From assembly GCA_964016885.1 (NCBI GenBank), contig OZ024746.1, positions 76,570,001 through 76,634,000 on the forward strand: 64,000 nt of DNA, given 5' to 3'. Of the stretch, positions 26,480 to 39,829 are shown piece by piece; positions within the stretch are counted from its first letter, which is position 1; each line of letters begins with the position of its first letter. A program made the position numbers and the translations under genes. Source of the DNA: Eledone cirrhosa (Eukaryota). The notes beneath the pieces were generated by a model. It did not search any database. It was not told where the DNA came from and saw nothing but the letters and a program-made list of their open reading frames with translations.

Positions 26480-28130
26480 CCAGTACATTATCCACCACTC
26501 ACCCATCCAAAAAAACAAGACATAGTACAAAAAATTCTTGTAGAAAATATGAGTATATTTAGAATGTTGAGTGCTCAACAGTTGCTGCACCTTCTTCCCC
26601 AAATATGGACAACAACCTTGATAGCACTGGATCCCTACCCCTGCTCGACTTTCAGCTTAAAATAACAGAAGGCAGCGGTATACACACCAACTTTTACAGA
26701 AAGCTGCCAGCAAGGACCTATTTGTGCACCAAGCCGGTGCTAAAAGCCGGTACATAAAGAACAAGCTCACATGTATCCGAAATAAATGCAGCAAGGCGGA
26801 GGATCGCAACACTCACACCACTCACTTCATGGCAGTGCTGAGGAACAATGGTTACTCAGCTTCAACCATCTTAGGCACATGAAATCCTGCAAACACAAGA
26901 TGACCTCCACGAACACCTGCTTCCTGAAGCTACCACACTTCAGCAAAGGTATAACCACCGTAGAGAAGGGGTAGATATGCAATTGGCTAACTCTGGTCCT
27001 TCACTATGCAGACAACTAACCAAGAGGTAACGAAGAGACCCCAACAGCCAATGCACACTGACCAACTGCCCTATCTGTGACACAGGTATATGCCAACAGG
27101 CATATGTCATATACCGCATTCAATGTGAACACTTAGACACACACGCTTCATATTTCAAGAAACACAGACAAGTGTAGAAACAACAACCAAAACATAACAA
27201 TTATGATTAAGTCTAGAGAGCGAAACTTAGGAAATATTAGAATTAAGGAAGCAATCATCATTAATGAACTCACACCACACATCAACAGCAGATCAGAACT
27301 TAACACACAATTCTTAACTTAACCAACCCCACACACCACTGACTAATTAGACTTCAGCACACAGCACAAAACATACAACATATTTAACATGTAAATGCAC
27401 AGCACACGACAAGCTACAGTTAGGCATAATATACTCATTACATAACAATACCCATTGTACAATGATAATACATTTATGTATGTTTGGCACAGTGCCTATC
27501 AGAACTTATATCAACACAAACAAAGCACTAAACATGCAACACATTAAAACACAGCACACCAATGGCAAGCCACAGCCCAGCACAAGACCTGCTTGCCTAT
27601 CGGAACTTAACGCACAACACCACCTCCGGCTAGTAACAGTGTATGACATACACGTGTGCGCATACACCTTACCTTGACTAATATAGAGGTGTGTTTGTGT
27701 GTGCCTGTATGCATACAGGAACTATAACACACAAAATACCCATTGCATAACAATGCAAGACTCATTATACAATTATACTTGCATTTGGGCTGGGCACATA
27801 TATTAAATAATAATAATAAATAAATAAATATATACAATAAAATTAGTAAATTAATAAATACAATATTAAATTCCAAAAAAGGAAAAAAAAAAAACACACT
27901 CGCACCTCCTACTACCATTTCCAGCTAGTAACAGCATAAACAGAAAGAAAAGATGGCACATACAAGCTAAAATGTTTTCTCTATTTTCCGAGGTTTTTCA
28001 CTTCTGATGATGAGATTTTATCTCAAAAATTAAGGTCATATTTGAATAAAGAACAGGTAAAACAGCAGCTTTGTTATCTTCTTTTATCTTAAATCAAACC
28101 ACACTTTTCACATTGACGCAGCCTTTCAAT
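26480..28130 (+). mobile_element. Penelope-like element relic (RT thumb, Cys-rich linker, GIY-YIG remnants, long 3' region)
   Basis: GSLPLLDFQLKI..TNFYRK (26629-26703), LKLPHFSK, CTLTNCPICDTGICQQAYVIYRIQC (27052-27126), RIKEAIIINELTPHINSRSEL (27239-27301). Confidence 0.75.
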
Positions 28131-29779
28131 TACACACCTCCTTATATTATTTTTTTACTTACAACTAAAATATTTGTACTTAAATTTAATCAGTGAGGCA
28201 CACATTGTAGATATTAAAAAAAATTCTATTTCAGAGTTAAGAAATATAGATTATAAGCGGCAAGGTTCACAAATTAACCTGCATATATGATTGACATGTG
28301 TATACGTGGAATGTACAAGACATGGTCCCTGTAACTCTGAATGAGAAGTGACTGACAGTGACAACATGTCCAAATCTGGATGGAAAAGCATACAAAATAT
28401 TGATTGATATCACCTATACATACACCAGCTCTATAGAATGACCCACATACTTAGTTACCACTACTACAAATATGCTTTCATGAAAGCTTGCAAACACACA
28501 TACACACCTCTCTTCACGCACACACAAGACATTTTCAACCCCATCACTCCCATTATACTTAGTATTCCATGCTTTCTAAATAATTAATTCTACTTTTGGC
28601 ACAAGGCCAGCAATTATCCCAGTACATTACTGGTGCTTTATTTTATCGACCCCGTAAGGATGAAAGGGAAAGTTAACCTCGGCGGAATTTGAGCTCAGAC
28701 CATAAAGGGCCGTAACTATGCTGCAAAGCATGGCGTCCGACCCTCTACTGATTCTGCCAATCCTCCACTGCCCACCATTCTTTTCAGTTTTTCTCATATT
28801 CAAAAACCAAACCTACATTGTCACATTACTAACAAAATTTAAAATATATTTAAACCTTTTTGATATTAAATCACCTGAACAACCCTTGGTTTCAAAGTGT
28901 TTGTATTTATCTTAAAACCTCCCATCATAATTTTGTGTAAGATCTTTAAGTTATGTTCCAAATACCAGCTTAATAACAAAGAATTTATCCCCTCAAATTC
29001 TTTATTTTCAAAATTATTTGAAAATCATAAACTGTTTTTTATTGGAAATGTAGTAACAAGAGTTAAAATACAGAATCCTTTTGCAAATTGATGACATTTT
29101 GTATTTCATTAAAGAGAATCCTTCCATGTTTAATGAATCTATTGTTTCATTAATGTCTAATTAAGGGTGTGCATTATACACCAGTAACTACAATAATCAT
29201 AAGTGTAATTTGCATTTAAGTTGTTGAAGAACCCAAACAATGTCAGATACGAGCTGTTATAAAAATAAACATATTAGAAGTTCAATCTCCTCCGGGCACA
29301 AAAATGTCTTGTTTTACATACTTTATATATCAAAATGTTTCAAACACCATAATACTTAGTAATAGTTAAAAAGGCAAACCCTTTCCATACCAAACTGCAT
29401 GAAACTGACCTGGTTTTATGATACAAAGTTGGTTATTTTAAAGTGAATATAAACCTTCAATCATAATTTTATCTAAGAACTTTTGTTATTTCAAACACCA
29501 GATTAATAATGATAACATCAAATATATTACTAACTCCCTTCAAAATGATTTGAAATTCATAGACAGAGTCTTTCATTAGAAATGTTAAATGAGTTAACCT
29601 GAGATGTCTATACTTAATCAACTCAAAAACAAGAGATAACAAGAGATGACTGTCATTTGAAAACTTTCTGAAATAATTATATGAATTGGAAAAAAAACAA
29701 CATTCTAATGATAAATAAGCCTATCATGAAATTTTTATAATTTTTTAAACTTATGCTTTTAATGACAATATTCTCTTAA

Positions 29780-29983
29780 CTCAATGTCCTGCACTGCATG
29801 AAACCACATTAGCAAGACATTCTTGAAAAGTACCAAACGCCCCCATGACTACACCATATTAAAAAGTCATGGTTTTACTTTAATACTGCAAATTTTCCCA
29901 TCGATCTGTCCATTAATAATGATACTATAATCATTTGACCTTGTTTAGATGATCTCTGCTGAATCATTACAGGATGTTAAAAG
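29780..29983 (+). mobile_element. MITE family B
   Basis: Same TIRs and body; TTAA on both sides. Confidence 0.8.
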
Positions 29984-30077
29984 TTAACAAGACAAACATT
30001 AAACTTCTGCTCAAAGACAACACATTTCACATTTACCTATCTGGCTGTATGCTATCTAAAAACGTATGCATGTGTGT

Positions 30078-31312
30078 ATCATCATCATTGTTTAACATCT
30101 ATCTTCCACGCTAGCATGGGTTTAGACGGGAATTGTCCCACTTGAGGCAAAATTGGTTGTCTTGCTCGTGTAGGACTGTCTGGCAGGTTTTCTACGGCTG
30201 GCTGCCCTTCCTAACACCAAATACGTTTACAGTGTGGACTGGGAGGTTTTTACCGTGTTACCTACACGGCCACATTACAGCATGGACTGTGTGTTTTTTT
30301 GTTGTGACACCGACACAACCTCATTTATTTAGGACTGGATGTAGCGGTACCAACATAACTTTACAGCGAAAGGGGTGGTGTAGATGGGGGTGGGGCGATA
30401 GGGGTGTATTTTGGTTAAAAGGTGCTTTGTACTTAGGCAAGGCGGGTCTTCTGTATTACTGCGTAGCGCAAAGATCTCTGTCCAGTGACATTGTCTTGAT
30501 GAGGTGTAAGTGTGTAAGGTCGGAATTTATCAAATCATCCCAGGTTTTTCTGGGTCTGCCTACTCCGTAGCTACCATCTATTTTGATCGCCCTGCACTTT
30601 TTTATACAGCTGTCGTCTTTCATGAGCATCATGTGACCATACCAACGCAGTCTTCTTTCGAGTAAACAGTATCTGATCCCTCTTATTCCTAATTTCTCAC
30701 TTAGTTCATTTATGCTTTGCCGTTCACGTATATTACTATTATACATCCAACGGAGCATTCAAGCTTCGTTCCTCTCCAGTCTGCGTATATCCTCTGCACA
30801 CAATGCCCAAGTCTCACTGCCATGTAACATTGCTGTTTGTATGCAGACATCATACAGCCTGCCTTTCATTTTTAGAGAGAAACCTTTAGCAGCCAATAGT
30901 GGTATAAGCTCTCTGAACTTTTTCCATCCCGTTCTGACTCTAGCTACTGTACTTTCAGTGCACCCTCCACCACTGCTGATTGTCACCCAGGTAACGGAGG
31001 GTATCCACTATTTCTATAGAACCATCTGAGCAATGGAAGGAGCTAGTATCCTGTGGGCACTTGCTACTACTTATTGCACCTGAGCACCGGCCACATATAA
31101 AATCTGTTCTTAGTTAGCTTACCTGTGATCCCACTACATCTTTTATGCACCCATACTTTGCATTTGGGACATAAAATGAAGTTTCTGCCTACTCCTTTCC
31201 TACACACTGAGCATGGCCATTTCCCAGAGGGGACCAGTGCCCTATTTTCCTTCCTACATACTAGCACTTTAGTCTTAAACAAGTTAATTTTAGGGCCTTT
31301 TGATTCTAGGCC
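30078..31312 (-). mobile_element. RTE LINE, 5'-truncated 1.2-kb copy
   Basis: Minus ORFs 31067-31366 (KWPCSVCRKGVG), 30759-30986 and 30456-30758; (atc)n tail at 30078. Confidence 0.92.
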
Positions 31313-32120
31313 AAACATATATTGGCAACCAATAACAAGCTGAGTCAACCTGTGAAAGGTTGTCATGTTCTTTCATTTGCATTGCCTTTCTGAAGTACAA
31401 ACCCACAGGTGGATATTGCCTCATGATCCCAGCAGACAGAATTGCATTGACATTACCCCAGAAAAGAGCAAAGGAGATATGTTGAAAAGGCCAGTCCAAT
31501 TCATTGGTCTCATTCTTGCAGAGTGGCCAAATCCATCTTGTTTGTACTGAAAGATGCTTCCAAAATACTAACAACTATGCTTCAGACTGCTTTTTCACCA
31601 TGTGTAAACGCCAAGGTTTAAGGTTTTAAATAAGCAAAGAAAACTGTTAGTAATATTTGTTAGCAGGTTAGTTAGAGTAGACATAAAAAATTTTGTCTCA
31701 TTTTCTTTTCTTTTTTGCTTGCTTACCTTATTTTATTGCTGTTTTCCCCATCTTTTCCTTGCTCAATATCCTCATCTGACTGCACACTATGTGACAATTA
31801 TTGGAAAAAAATACAATCAAATTAGTGCTTTATTGCTGTTTATAAATCAGAATTTAGGTGAATTCCTTACATTTTTTACAGCAGCTCCATTAACACCATA
31901 TTATAGGTGCTTATTTTTTAATGAATTTAAATAATCATCACTTACTATAGGTACCAGATTTCATAGTTATATTTGTTTCAAAAAATATTTTGCAACATAT
32001 TTCAATATTATTTGATTTTTAACTATTCTAGTTTTTAAAGATGTTAGCTATATTTAAAAGAAATTTTAAAGTAATGATGTTTTATTTATAATTTTAGCAA
32101 TGGCTTTTCAAATACTTTAA

Positions 32121-32303
32121 CTCTTAATGTCCTGTACGGCACCACATCAGCAAGACATTCTTGAAAAGTACAAAACAGCACCATGGCTGCATCACATTAA
32201 AAAAATGTCTTTACTGCTGATCTTCAAAGATCTGTCAATTAAACATTTAAATTAACAAACCTGTGTTTTCATTTCCTGCTAAAACATTTCAGGATGTTAA
32301 GAG
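32121..32303 (+). mobile_element. TTAA-flanked MITE family B
   Basis: TTAA|CTCTTAATGTCCTG ... CAGGATGTTAAGAG|TTAA; internal agcaagacattcttgaaaagtac. Confidence 0.85.
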
Positions 32304-32583
32304 TTAATATATTTCTTTTATATTATAAGCAGAAAGAAATTGTATTTGTTTGCTTCTGTAAATATTCTTTATCTAAAGTTTAATTCAAAAGCAAAGAAAG
32401 ATTGACAACTTATTTTGCAATCTTGGAATTAATAAACTAACATGTATAATCCAGCTTTTCCATACATGTTACCCTAATTCATACAAATTTCTATTGTAAA
32501 AGAATTAATGGGGTTTTTTTAATGTTTAAAATAAACATACCAATAAAGAACCTCTGATGAACAGTAAAATAAGCTTTAATTTA

Positions 32584-32617
<34 letters not shown>

Positions 32618-32912
32618 TACACAGCCATAAATAAAGATAAATCCAACCAAGAATAAGCATTACAAAGCATGGAGATTCATCTGAAACTCCAATTTTAAAA
32701 GAAAATGCATAAAAGCATATACAAAACAACCATTGCAATATGAAGAAAAATGAATTGTGGTATAATTTCAAACAATATTTTTTAGAAAAATAATCATCAC
32801 ATAAAAGCATTGATTGATTTGATACAAAATCAGACCGATGAAAGATTTATCAAAATAATATATCAAGTATATTGTCAATAGATATTATAGAGTATATTAC
32901 ATTATATATATG

Positions 32913-33215
32913 CAGTTGTCCTCCGGTATTCGCGGGGTTTATGTTCCTAAAGAAGTGAAAAGCCGCGAATATTGGATGTGGTCCATAAAACTGCTTATAA
33001 ATGTCGAAGCATAACGTAAAATATAGGCTGGCAAATACGGTATATTGTTATTAATAATTTAGTGTTATAAAGCATGAAAAAATATATATTGCCACGAAAA
33101 AAGCCACAAAAAAAAGTTGTGGAAGATATTTACGATTCTGTGAATATGTGGTGGTTTCCGAGAACAATTCTTAGTTAGGTTCTAAGGAAAATTCCGTGAA
33201 TAACTGGGACTGCAA
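32913..33215. mobile_element. Tigger/pogo-like non-autonomous element relic
   Basis: Left end cagttgtcctccggtattcgcggggtt resembles MER2/Tigger termini; repeated ccgcgaata / ccgtgaata subterminal motifs; CpG-rich. Confidence 0.5.
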
Positions 33216-33424
33216 ATGTATATATTTAAAATTTTCTTTTCAATTATAACAAACACACACCCATGACTCCATACTTACCACCCTTCTTACCCCTGTTCTT
33301 ACTAAACCAGAGATACTCAGACTTTTTTGCCCAACCCACCTCACGGCCATATAAGCCCCCCCCCCCCCATTTCCAGAGAAGATAACGAGTTTGGCTTTTA
33401 CACCTACCTCCTTTCTTCTGATTA

Positions 33425-33769
33425 CTGAACGCTGAAGCTGGTTTTGAATGGTTTTGATTTAGCACCATTTATCCAAACACAAATACTTAGGCATTTGTAT
33501 AGAGACATCAGGGCAACAAGAAACTGACTATCAACTCCATACTCCTGCAGAACCTTCCCGTCATATGCCTTTTCGAGGCCTACGAAGCAAGAATATACCT
33601 CTTGGTAATACTCCCACAATTTCTCGAAGACCTGCCGCAGTGTAAATATTTGGTCAGCTGTGATGTGTCTAGGGCGAAAACCGCACTATTTATCAGCTAG
33701 CTTGGACTCGACAATCAGCCTGTATCTCTTTGCCAGCCACTTAGTAGAGACTTTACCAGGGTGGCTTAA
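33425..33769 (-). mobile_element. Expander/Rex3-like RTE, downstream RT segment in opposite orientation
   Basis: LSHPGKV..CGFRP..DQIFTLRQVFEKLWEY..CFVGLEKAYD..LQEYGV; directly continues the protein ending at 34751. Confidence 0.85.
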
Positions 33770-33789
33770 ATATATATAAGGGAAATCAG

Positions 33790-34754
33790 AGACAGAAATC
33801 AATAATTGATTTGTTATTGTCTCTGATCTCTTCGGCTGTGCACAATATTCGTGTAAAGAGAGGGGCACAGCTGTCAACTGATCACCATCTAGTTATCTTC
33901 AACTTGAGACTACCTAAAGCCAAAGAAGCCCACAAAACTGACAGGTCCAGTGCAACCTACAGGATAAAGTGAGAAGCGTTGGTGGATAAGGAAGTCAGAA
34001 CAACGTATGCAGATACTATTGCATCCAAATTCAGAGAACTCCCTGAGCAAACTGAGGATGTTGAGACAGAGTGGAGATTGTTCATCTCAGCAATGTCTAC
34101 TTCAGCTGTTAAATGCTGTGTGGCACCAGATGGCAGGAGGACCTCTTAGTTCAATCAAGAAATCAAAGATGCCATCAGAGCAAAGAAGGAGACCCACAAA
34201 GTTGGCTCGGAAATATGTCCTCTTTCTTACATTTGCAGTACAAATAAGCATGAAGAATCACATTAGAAACAATAAAGGTATTCAAAGTTAAGACATGGGA
34301 AGACTTTGGAGTTAAGCTGGAATCCGACTTCAGATCAACAAATAAAGTGTTCTGGCAGACCATCCACCAACTTCATGATAAGAAGTCCTTCTCCCTTCAG
34401 AGAGCTGTATCCTTGTGAGGTGGAGAGAATACTTTGCTGTTCTCCTAAACCTGATCACAACAGCATCTTCTGGTGTATGTGAGGTGCATCTGGGAGCAAT
34501 GACTAATCTCTTGGAGGTTGAGGTCACATGAGCAGTTAAAGGGCTCATATGTGGCAAGGCTGCTGGGGAAGATGAAATCTGACCGGAGATGTTAACAGTC
34601 TTAAATAGAGAAGATATTTTCTGGCTGACTTATGTGTGTCAGGTGGTCTGGATCTCTGGAAAGGCACCTAAGCAATGGCAATCGGGAATGATAATACCAA
34701 TTTGAGAAAAAGGAGGCAAGAGAGAGTTCCAATTACTGAGGGATCTCCTTGTTG
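33790..34754 (+). mobile_element. Expander/Rex3-like RTE, 5' segment (EN C-terminus to RT start)
   Basis: RVKRGAQLSTDHHLV, TEWRLF, TWEDFGVKLESDF..FWQTI, RWREYF, GKAAGEDEI*PEML, WQSGMIIPI, NY*GISLL. Confidence 0.85.
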
Positions 34755-35051
34755 TTTTCTTCATGTGATCAATTCATGACCACAAATAGAAGTTAACAGG
34801 CTGCAAACTGCTTTAGTTGTCTTATCAATTATAAACAGCTAAGGCCTGAATTGTTTTTAATGAACCTAGTTTAGAGCCAATGAAAGTGCTTTTGTTTATT
34901 AACTAGCATCCTGTATCACATGAAACAGCATTAGCAAGATATTCTTGAAAAGTACAATTGTCTGGACATGAGTAAATATGCTATAAACATTTAAATTGAC
35001 AAATTTGCTTTTAGATATTTCCTGCTAAATCATTACAAGATGTTAGGAGTT

Positions 35052-35232
35052 CTTTGCCCACTTATTCCTGAGAGTGGTCACGGGGGACAGAATCCTCAAG
35101 CACTCCTTCCAGCGGGTCCTGTCAGAAGCAACCATCTTTAACTGATCCAGCTAGATCCCCAAGCGAGACCAGCTGAGTTCATGGATGTTATCAATCCATC
35201 TTGCTCAGGATCTACCTTTGGGTCTGCCGCTG
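35052..35232 (-). mobile_element. Expander/Rex3-like RTE 3' end, 181 bp, 10-bp TSD
   Basis: GRPKGRS*ARWIDNIHELSWSRLGI..DRTRW; TSD GTTAGGAGTT at 35042-35051 and 35233-35242. Confidence 0.85.
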
Positions 35233-35657
35233 GTTAGGAGTTAAAATATTATTATAATTTGTTTTGTATTTTTACTATTTGGGACATAACCCTCTGTATA
35301 AGTCATTGAAATATGTTCTCACATTCACAGACACCATTTGGTCCTAGTACTCATTAGTTGTTCCATAATTAACTGAAATGTTTTGTGCTATTATTGTTAC
35401 TTTAGCATAAAATAATAATGTCCATTGGTTGCTTTATTGCAGTAGGAATGTACACTCAAATTTCTTAACAAAAAAAGAGTTGGTAGCAAATTTAGTTTTG
35501 TGAAGCTGTCACGGGATGGGGGAGTTGGTCAAAAGTTCAACTATATTTCTAATGAAAGACACTGCCAATGATTTCCAAATAATTTTTAGAATAATCAAGA
35601 ATTTAGAAAGATTTAGTTACACAACTCACTTTCTCATTATTAAGCTGATGTTTGGTA

Positions 35658-35858
35658 CAAAGGTTCTTTCCTAAAATTATGACGTTTTTAGATACATATA
35701 AATACTCACACAGTTTTGTATCAGGTGCAACGTTTGTTTCAGGCAATTTAATATTTGGAACAAAGGTTCTTACATAAAATTATGAATGTTTTTAGATACA
35801 TATAAATACTAACACAGTTTTGTATCAGGTGCAAGGTTTGTTTCAGGCAATTTGATAT
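35658..35858. repeat. ~103-bp tandem duplication inside a family-C MITE
   Basis: aaaggttctt...tagatacatataaatact..cacagttttgtatcaggtgcaa..gtttcaggcaattt occurs twice. Confidence 0.9.
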
Positions 35859-36249
35859 CAAAAGGGCTAATATCTATCAACAGATGTTGACTTATGTGAC
35901 AGTCTCAAAGCAAGGGAACAAATCACAGAGTAACAGGTAGTGTTGTATGACATTTGAATAGATCAAATGAAATAGACCAGTAGTTCTCAATACTTTCTCA
36001 TTAACGTCCCACCCTTGCAAGCAGGGAAAAATCGGACGTAAAATGAAATGAAATGATTATAAGAACCTCAACAGTTATGGAACCTAAAAGCATGTTGCAA
36101 CAATGCCGGTATTAAGCATTAAAACAGCAGTGTGGAAAATATGTTGCTGCCAGGGAACCCAAATTGGTTGATATGGGCAAAACCAATGCTACAATTAAGC
36201 ACATTATTGAACCTTAATGGATCAGTTTACACACCTATATAATTCCCTG

Positions 36250-36505
36250 CAATCAATAAACATTTTTTCCACATAGCAGTCCAAAGTGGGAGAGAGAGTT
36301 ATATGGTGTTATGTAACAAGGATTTGGCATGGGTGAGTGTTGACAGTATAGTGGAAAATGCAGACTTAGGAATTTTCTTTGTTCAGAGCAAGAAGTGTCA
36401 AAAACCACATTCCTCAGCATACCAAACTAAGTTGAAATGATTTTATCTGAGAGAATGGGGTGCACAAGTGAGAGAAGAGGGCACACTTTGTAGGATTAAC
36501 CTAGG
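36250..36505. repeat. Unclassified dispersed repeat, copy 3
   Basis: Same blocks as copy 1. Confidence 0.75.
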
Positions 36506-37143
36506 GCAATATCTAGACATGGACTTCAGGTTAGAACACCTGAACTAGACAGATCAACAAGAACAAATTCTAATGGTTGTGCATATTTCGTATATAGAAT
36601 ATATTATATTGATGTTTGACTTCATATGACAATAACATATCTAGTACACCCTGTAAAGTGGTTGATCTTAGGAAAGGCATTCAACTGTAAAAACAATGCC
36701 AAAATATGATACTCATGAACCAAATGTGGTAGTTATCTGACCATGTTTTAGTCTGGACAATGGCAACCCATTCAACCTATGACAGCATGAAAAACATGTA
36801 AATGATAATGATGAGCGACATGGAAAATTATTTTTCAATAATACAGAAATTGAGTTTTTCCTATGATAGTAGTTCCAGAAAATGTTATTGGCATGGCTAT
36901 GAACATTCAGTAGCAACAAGAACACCCAGACCATCATCATCATCAATTTAAAAAACTGAGTAGTAATAGCACAAGGAATGACTCATTCGAAACAATGAAA
37001 TTCTTGCCATATTTCTAATGAAAGACATTATCTATGATTTCAAATAATTTTGAAAATCAAAAATTTGGAAGATAATATAACTTTCTCATATTTAAATTGG
37101 TGTTTGGAGCATAACTTACATAGAATTATGATGAAGTGTTTAT

Positions 37144-37244
37144 CATCATCATCATTTAACGTCCATCTTCCACGTTAGCATGGACTAGACGGGAGTTGTC
37201 CCACTTGAGGCAAAATTGATTGGGTGACAGTGTCTCGCTCATAA
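37144..37244 (-). mobile_element. RTE extreme 3' end (100 bp) inserted into a family-C MITE
   Basis: Matches 30078-30170; TSD GTTTAT at 37138-37143 and 37245-37250. Confidence 0.8.
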
Positions 37245-37695
37245 GTTTATATTTATCTAAAACCCTTCTAAATTAAATAGCTTAATATAGACCCAGGGAC
37301 AGTTATATGTAGTCTAATATCAAAAGGGTTAAAGTCAAAGTAACAAATGAAACTTAAAAATTGAAAATAAAGTCGATTATAAATGACTCAAAGATATCCA
37401 GCTAGCCCATGGCTAAACACATTATGAAATCAATTTACACACTGACTGAATTCTCACAACTATTCAATTGGGTATATAATATTTGGAAATAAGCATTCCT
37501 GAGAAGAAACACTAAGACCAGCTTCCATCCAAAGCACTCAATTTATCAATTGTAAAATGATAAACTACAAAAGCAGAGAGAGAGAAAGAGTTTATGTCCT
37601 GTAACTCAGTGGTTCAACAAAAAGGGAATGTTCAATAAGTACCAGATTTGAAAAAATATGTACTGATGTTGATATGATCAACTAAATCCCTTTAA

Positions 37696-37916
37696 CCCTT
37701 TAGCATTTAAACCGGCCGTATCCGGCCAGAATTCTCTCACTTCTTTCTGTTCAAACCAGCCATAAGTGGCCGCTCATACTGATGTTAAGGTATTGTTCTC
37801 AAAATAAATAATATAAAAATCTCATAGATTTGATATTATGTAAGATAATTATGTGAGGTAAAGCCTTTGCCACGAAAATAGAATAGTAAATATAGAGTAA
37901 TGTAAAAACTAAAGGG
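37696..37916 (+). mobile_element. piggyBac-type MITE family A, inserted in a SINE
   Basis: TTAA at 37692-37695 and 37917-37920; body near-identical to 61752-61970. Confidence 0.9.
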
Positions 37917-39084
37917 TTAAGGTGGTGCTCCAGGATGGCTGCAGTCTAATTATTGGAACCAGTAAAAGAACAAAAACAAGATAACTTGTGGCTTACTTAT
38001 CTTGTTTTGCAATAATATTTTAAAAGTATGTAGTATTGCAAAAATTTGTTTTGTTTTCAAGTATTTACAAATAGCTTTCATGCTTTGCTCAAAAACAATT
38101 TAAATTCAAATGCTTTAGTCAGTGGTTGGGAAAAATTAAAAGGAACATTGAATGTACCTATTCTAAACACACAAGAACTTTGATACAGTGTCAAATATTA
38201 CAGTTGGACTGTAGTCGACTGAATCAGCCTTAGTAATTAACTGGTACTTATATTATCCACCCCAGAAGGATGAGAGGAGAATTGACCCTAAAATATAATT
38301 AATTAAAAATACAGAAAAATTATTTTTGCTTCCTTTTTTTTTAGTTAATAAATTTAACAAAGTTATCAATGAGAAACATGCACTTGGTGTTTTTTGGCAA
38401 TGTTTTCATTCTTAGTTTAGTTTGTCACTGTTACTGTTATATATGAACTTTATTACAAATTTCAATTTGTATTTTTCACATTTGGAAACAGAACCCTCTT
38501 TTGTAATGCACCTAATTACATGTCACGGAACAACAGTACATAGAAGAGCACAGTTTAAAAAACCATAGCTCTAAGATATGGAAAGATATGTGCCTAAAAA
38601 AAAAAATGTTGATAAATCAATATTTATCAATACAATACCATCACATCAAACGATAAGGTCACCGAGGACAGTCAAACAATGACTTCCAACAACAAATTCA
38701 TTTTTTTTTTTTCCTGTTTAACAGAATTTCACTGAAAATATTTCTTTTACATAGTGGTTGTGGTTGTTTGCCTTTAATAAGTGCAGTGAAAGCAAATTTA
38801 ATATATTTGACAACTACAAAATGTTTAATCTTGTCTATTCTTATACACAAATCTTCTGACAAGCTTTACTCATCAATAACAATCCAAAAATATGTCTATC
38901 TAACATGTGGGTGTGTGCACACACACACTCACACACATGCACAACCTGAAACCAAGAAAAATTACAGAAAAAAACCCAATTTTGTAAACATTTGAATATA
39001 CATATATATATATATATAAGCTAAGAGACAAGCATGGAAAGATTGGAAGGAACGATTCATCATGTATCAAGTAGCTAAAAGAGA

Positions 39085-39505
39085 AACTAGACATCTGTAT
39101 ACTTAGCAAGGGACGAGGTCAAAAGTAAAAGGTTTGTACATGTTCTGTAACATAAGGATCAGAGCCATGAAGTGCTTCAGATTGTAAAGCAGTGTATCAG
39201 ACAAAATGAAGATGTCATTAGGGAGAAGAGTGTATGGAATGAATGGTGTTCTTGTCCTCGCTGATGCCAAAAAGATGAGGATAGAGCATGGGAGAGAGAC
39301 AAACTACCTAAAGTAAATTTGACAGACAGACTAGCCACTGAACTTGACAGCTGTTCAGATTCTAAGATGTTTAAAATATCTTGTAAGATAGGTCAGCCAC
39401 TAGTCACTTGTATGAAAATATCTTGTGATGTATGTCATGTACTAGTTAGTTACTTATACTGTCACTCAGGTAGTAAAGGAAGATGTCATAACCAATGACT
39501 GACAT
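39085..39505 (+). mobile_element. RTE LINE internal fragment, heavily decayed
   Basis: Similar to the KQCIRQNEDVIGEKCV..ALTDA segment of the family. Confidence 0.65.
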
Positions 39506-39829
39506 ACAGGAAAAAAAATCAATTTTGCAAGATGAAACAAAACTGTTTTCTGCTCCCAAGAGGAAACACTTTTGAAAATTGAGGATTTATAAACCGAATG
39601 GACTTTAAATTCTCAATTGTTCTTTACAATAAAGTTAACGCTACAACATGAAATGTTAAAGTAGTACTTGTTCCTTATTTGTTGAAAAATATGGATATGA
39701 TAAAATACAAAGACAGCTTTTGATGTATGATCATGAAAGCATTATTGTCATGGCAAATTTAAGGCTATTGGAATGGGACCACTAGTAACCTTTTGAAATG
39801 CTTTCTTCATTATACATCAGAATGAGTGC

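Noticed and set aside
31330-31620. Possible additional host exon in GC-richer sequence
   Set aside because: No convincing splice sites on the Mint strand; the plus-strand peptide (PEKSKGD, DASKILTTMLQ) looks like another decayed RT fragment.
705-36505. Near-equal ~17.7-17.9 kb spacing of the three unclassified repeat copies
   Set aside because: Flanking sequences are not duplicated, many younger insertions lie between them, and there is no fourth copy near 54 kb; most likely coincidence.
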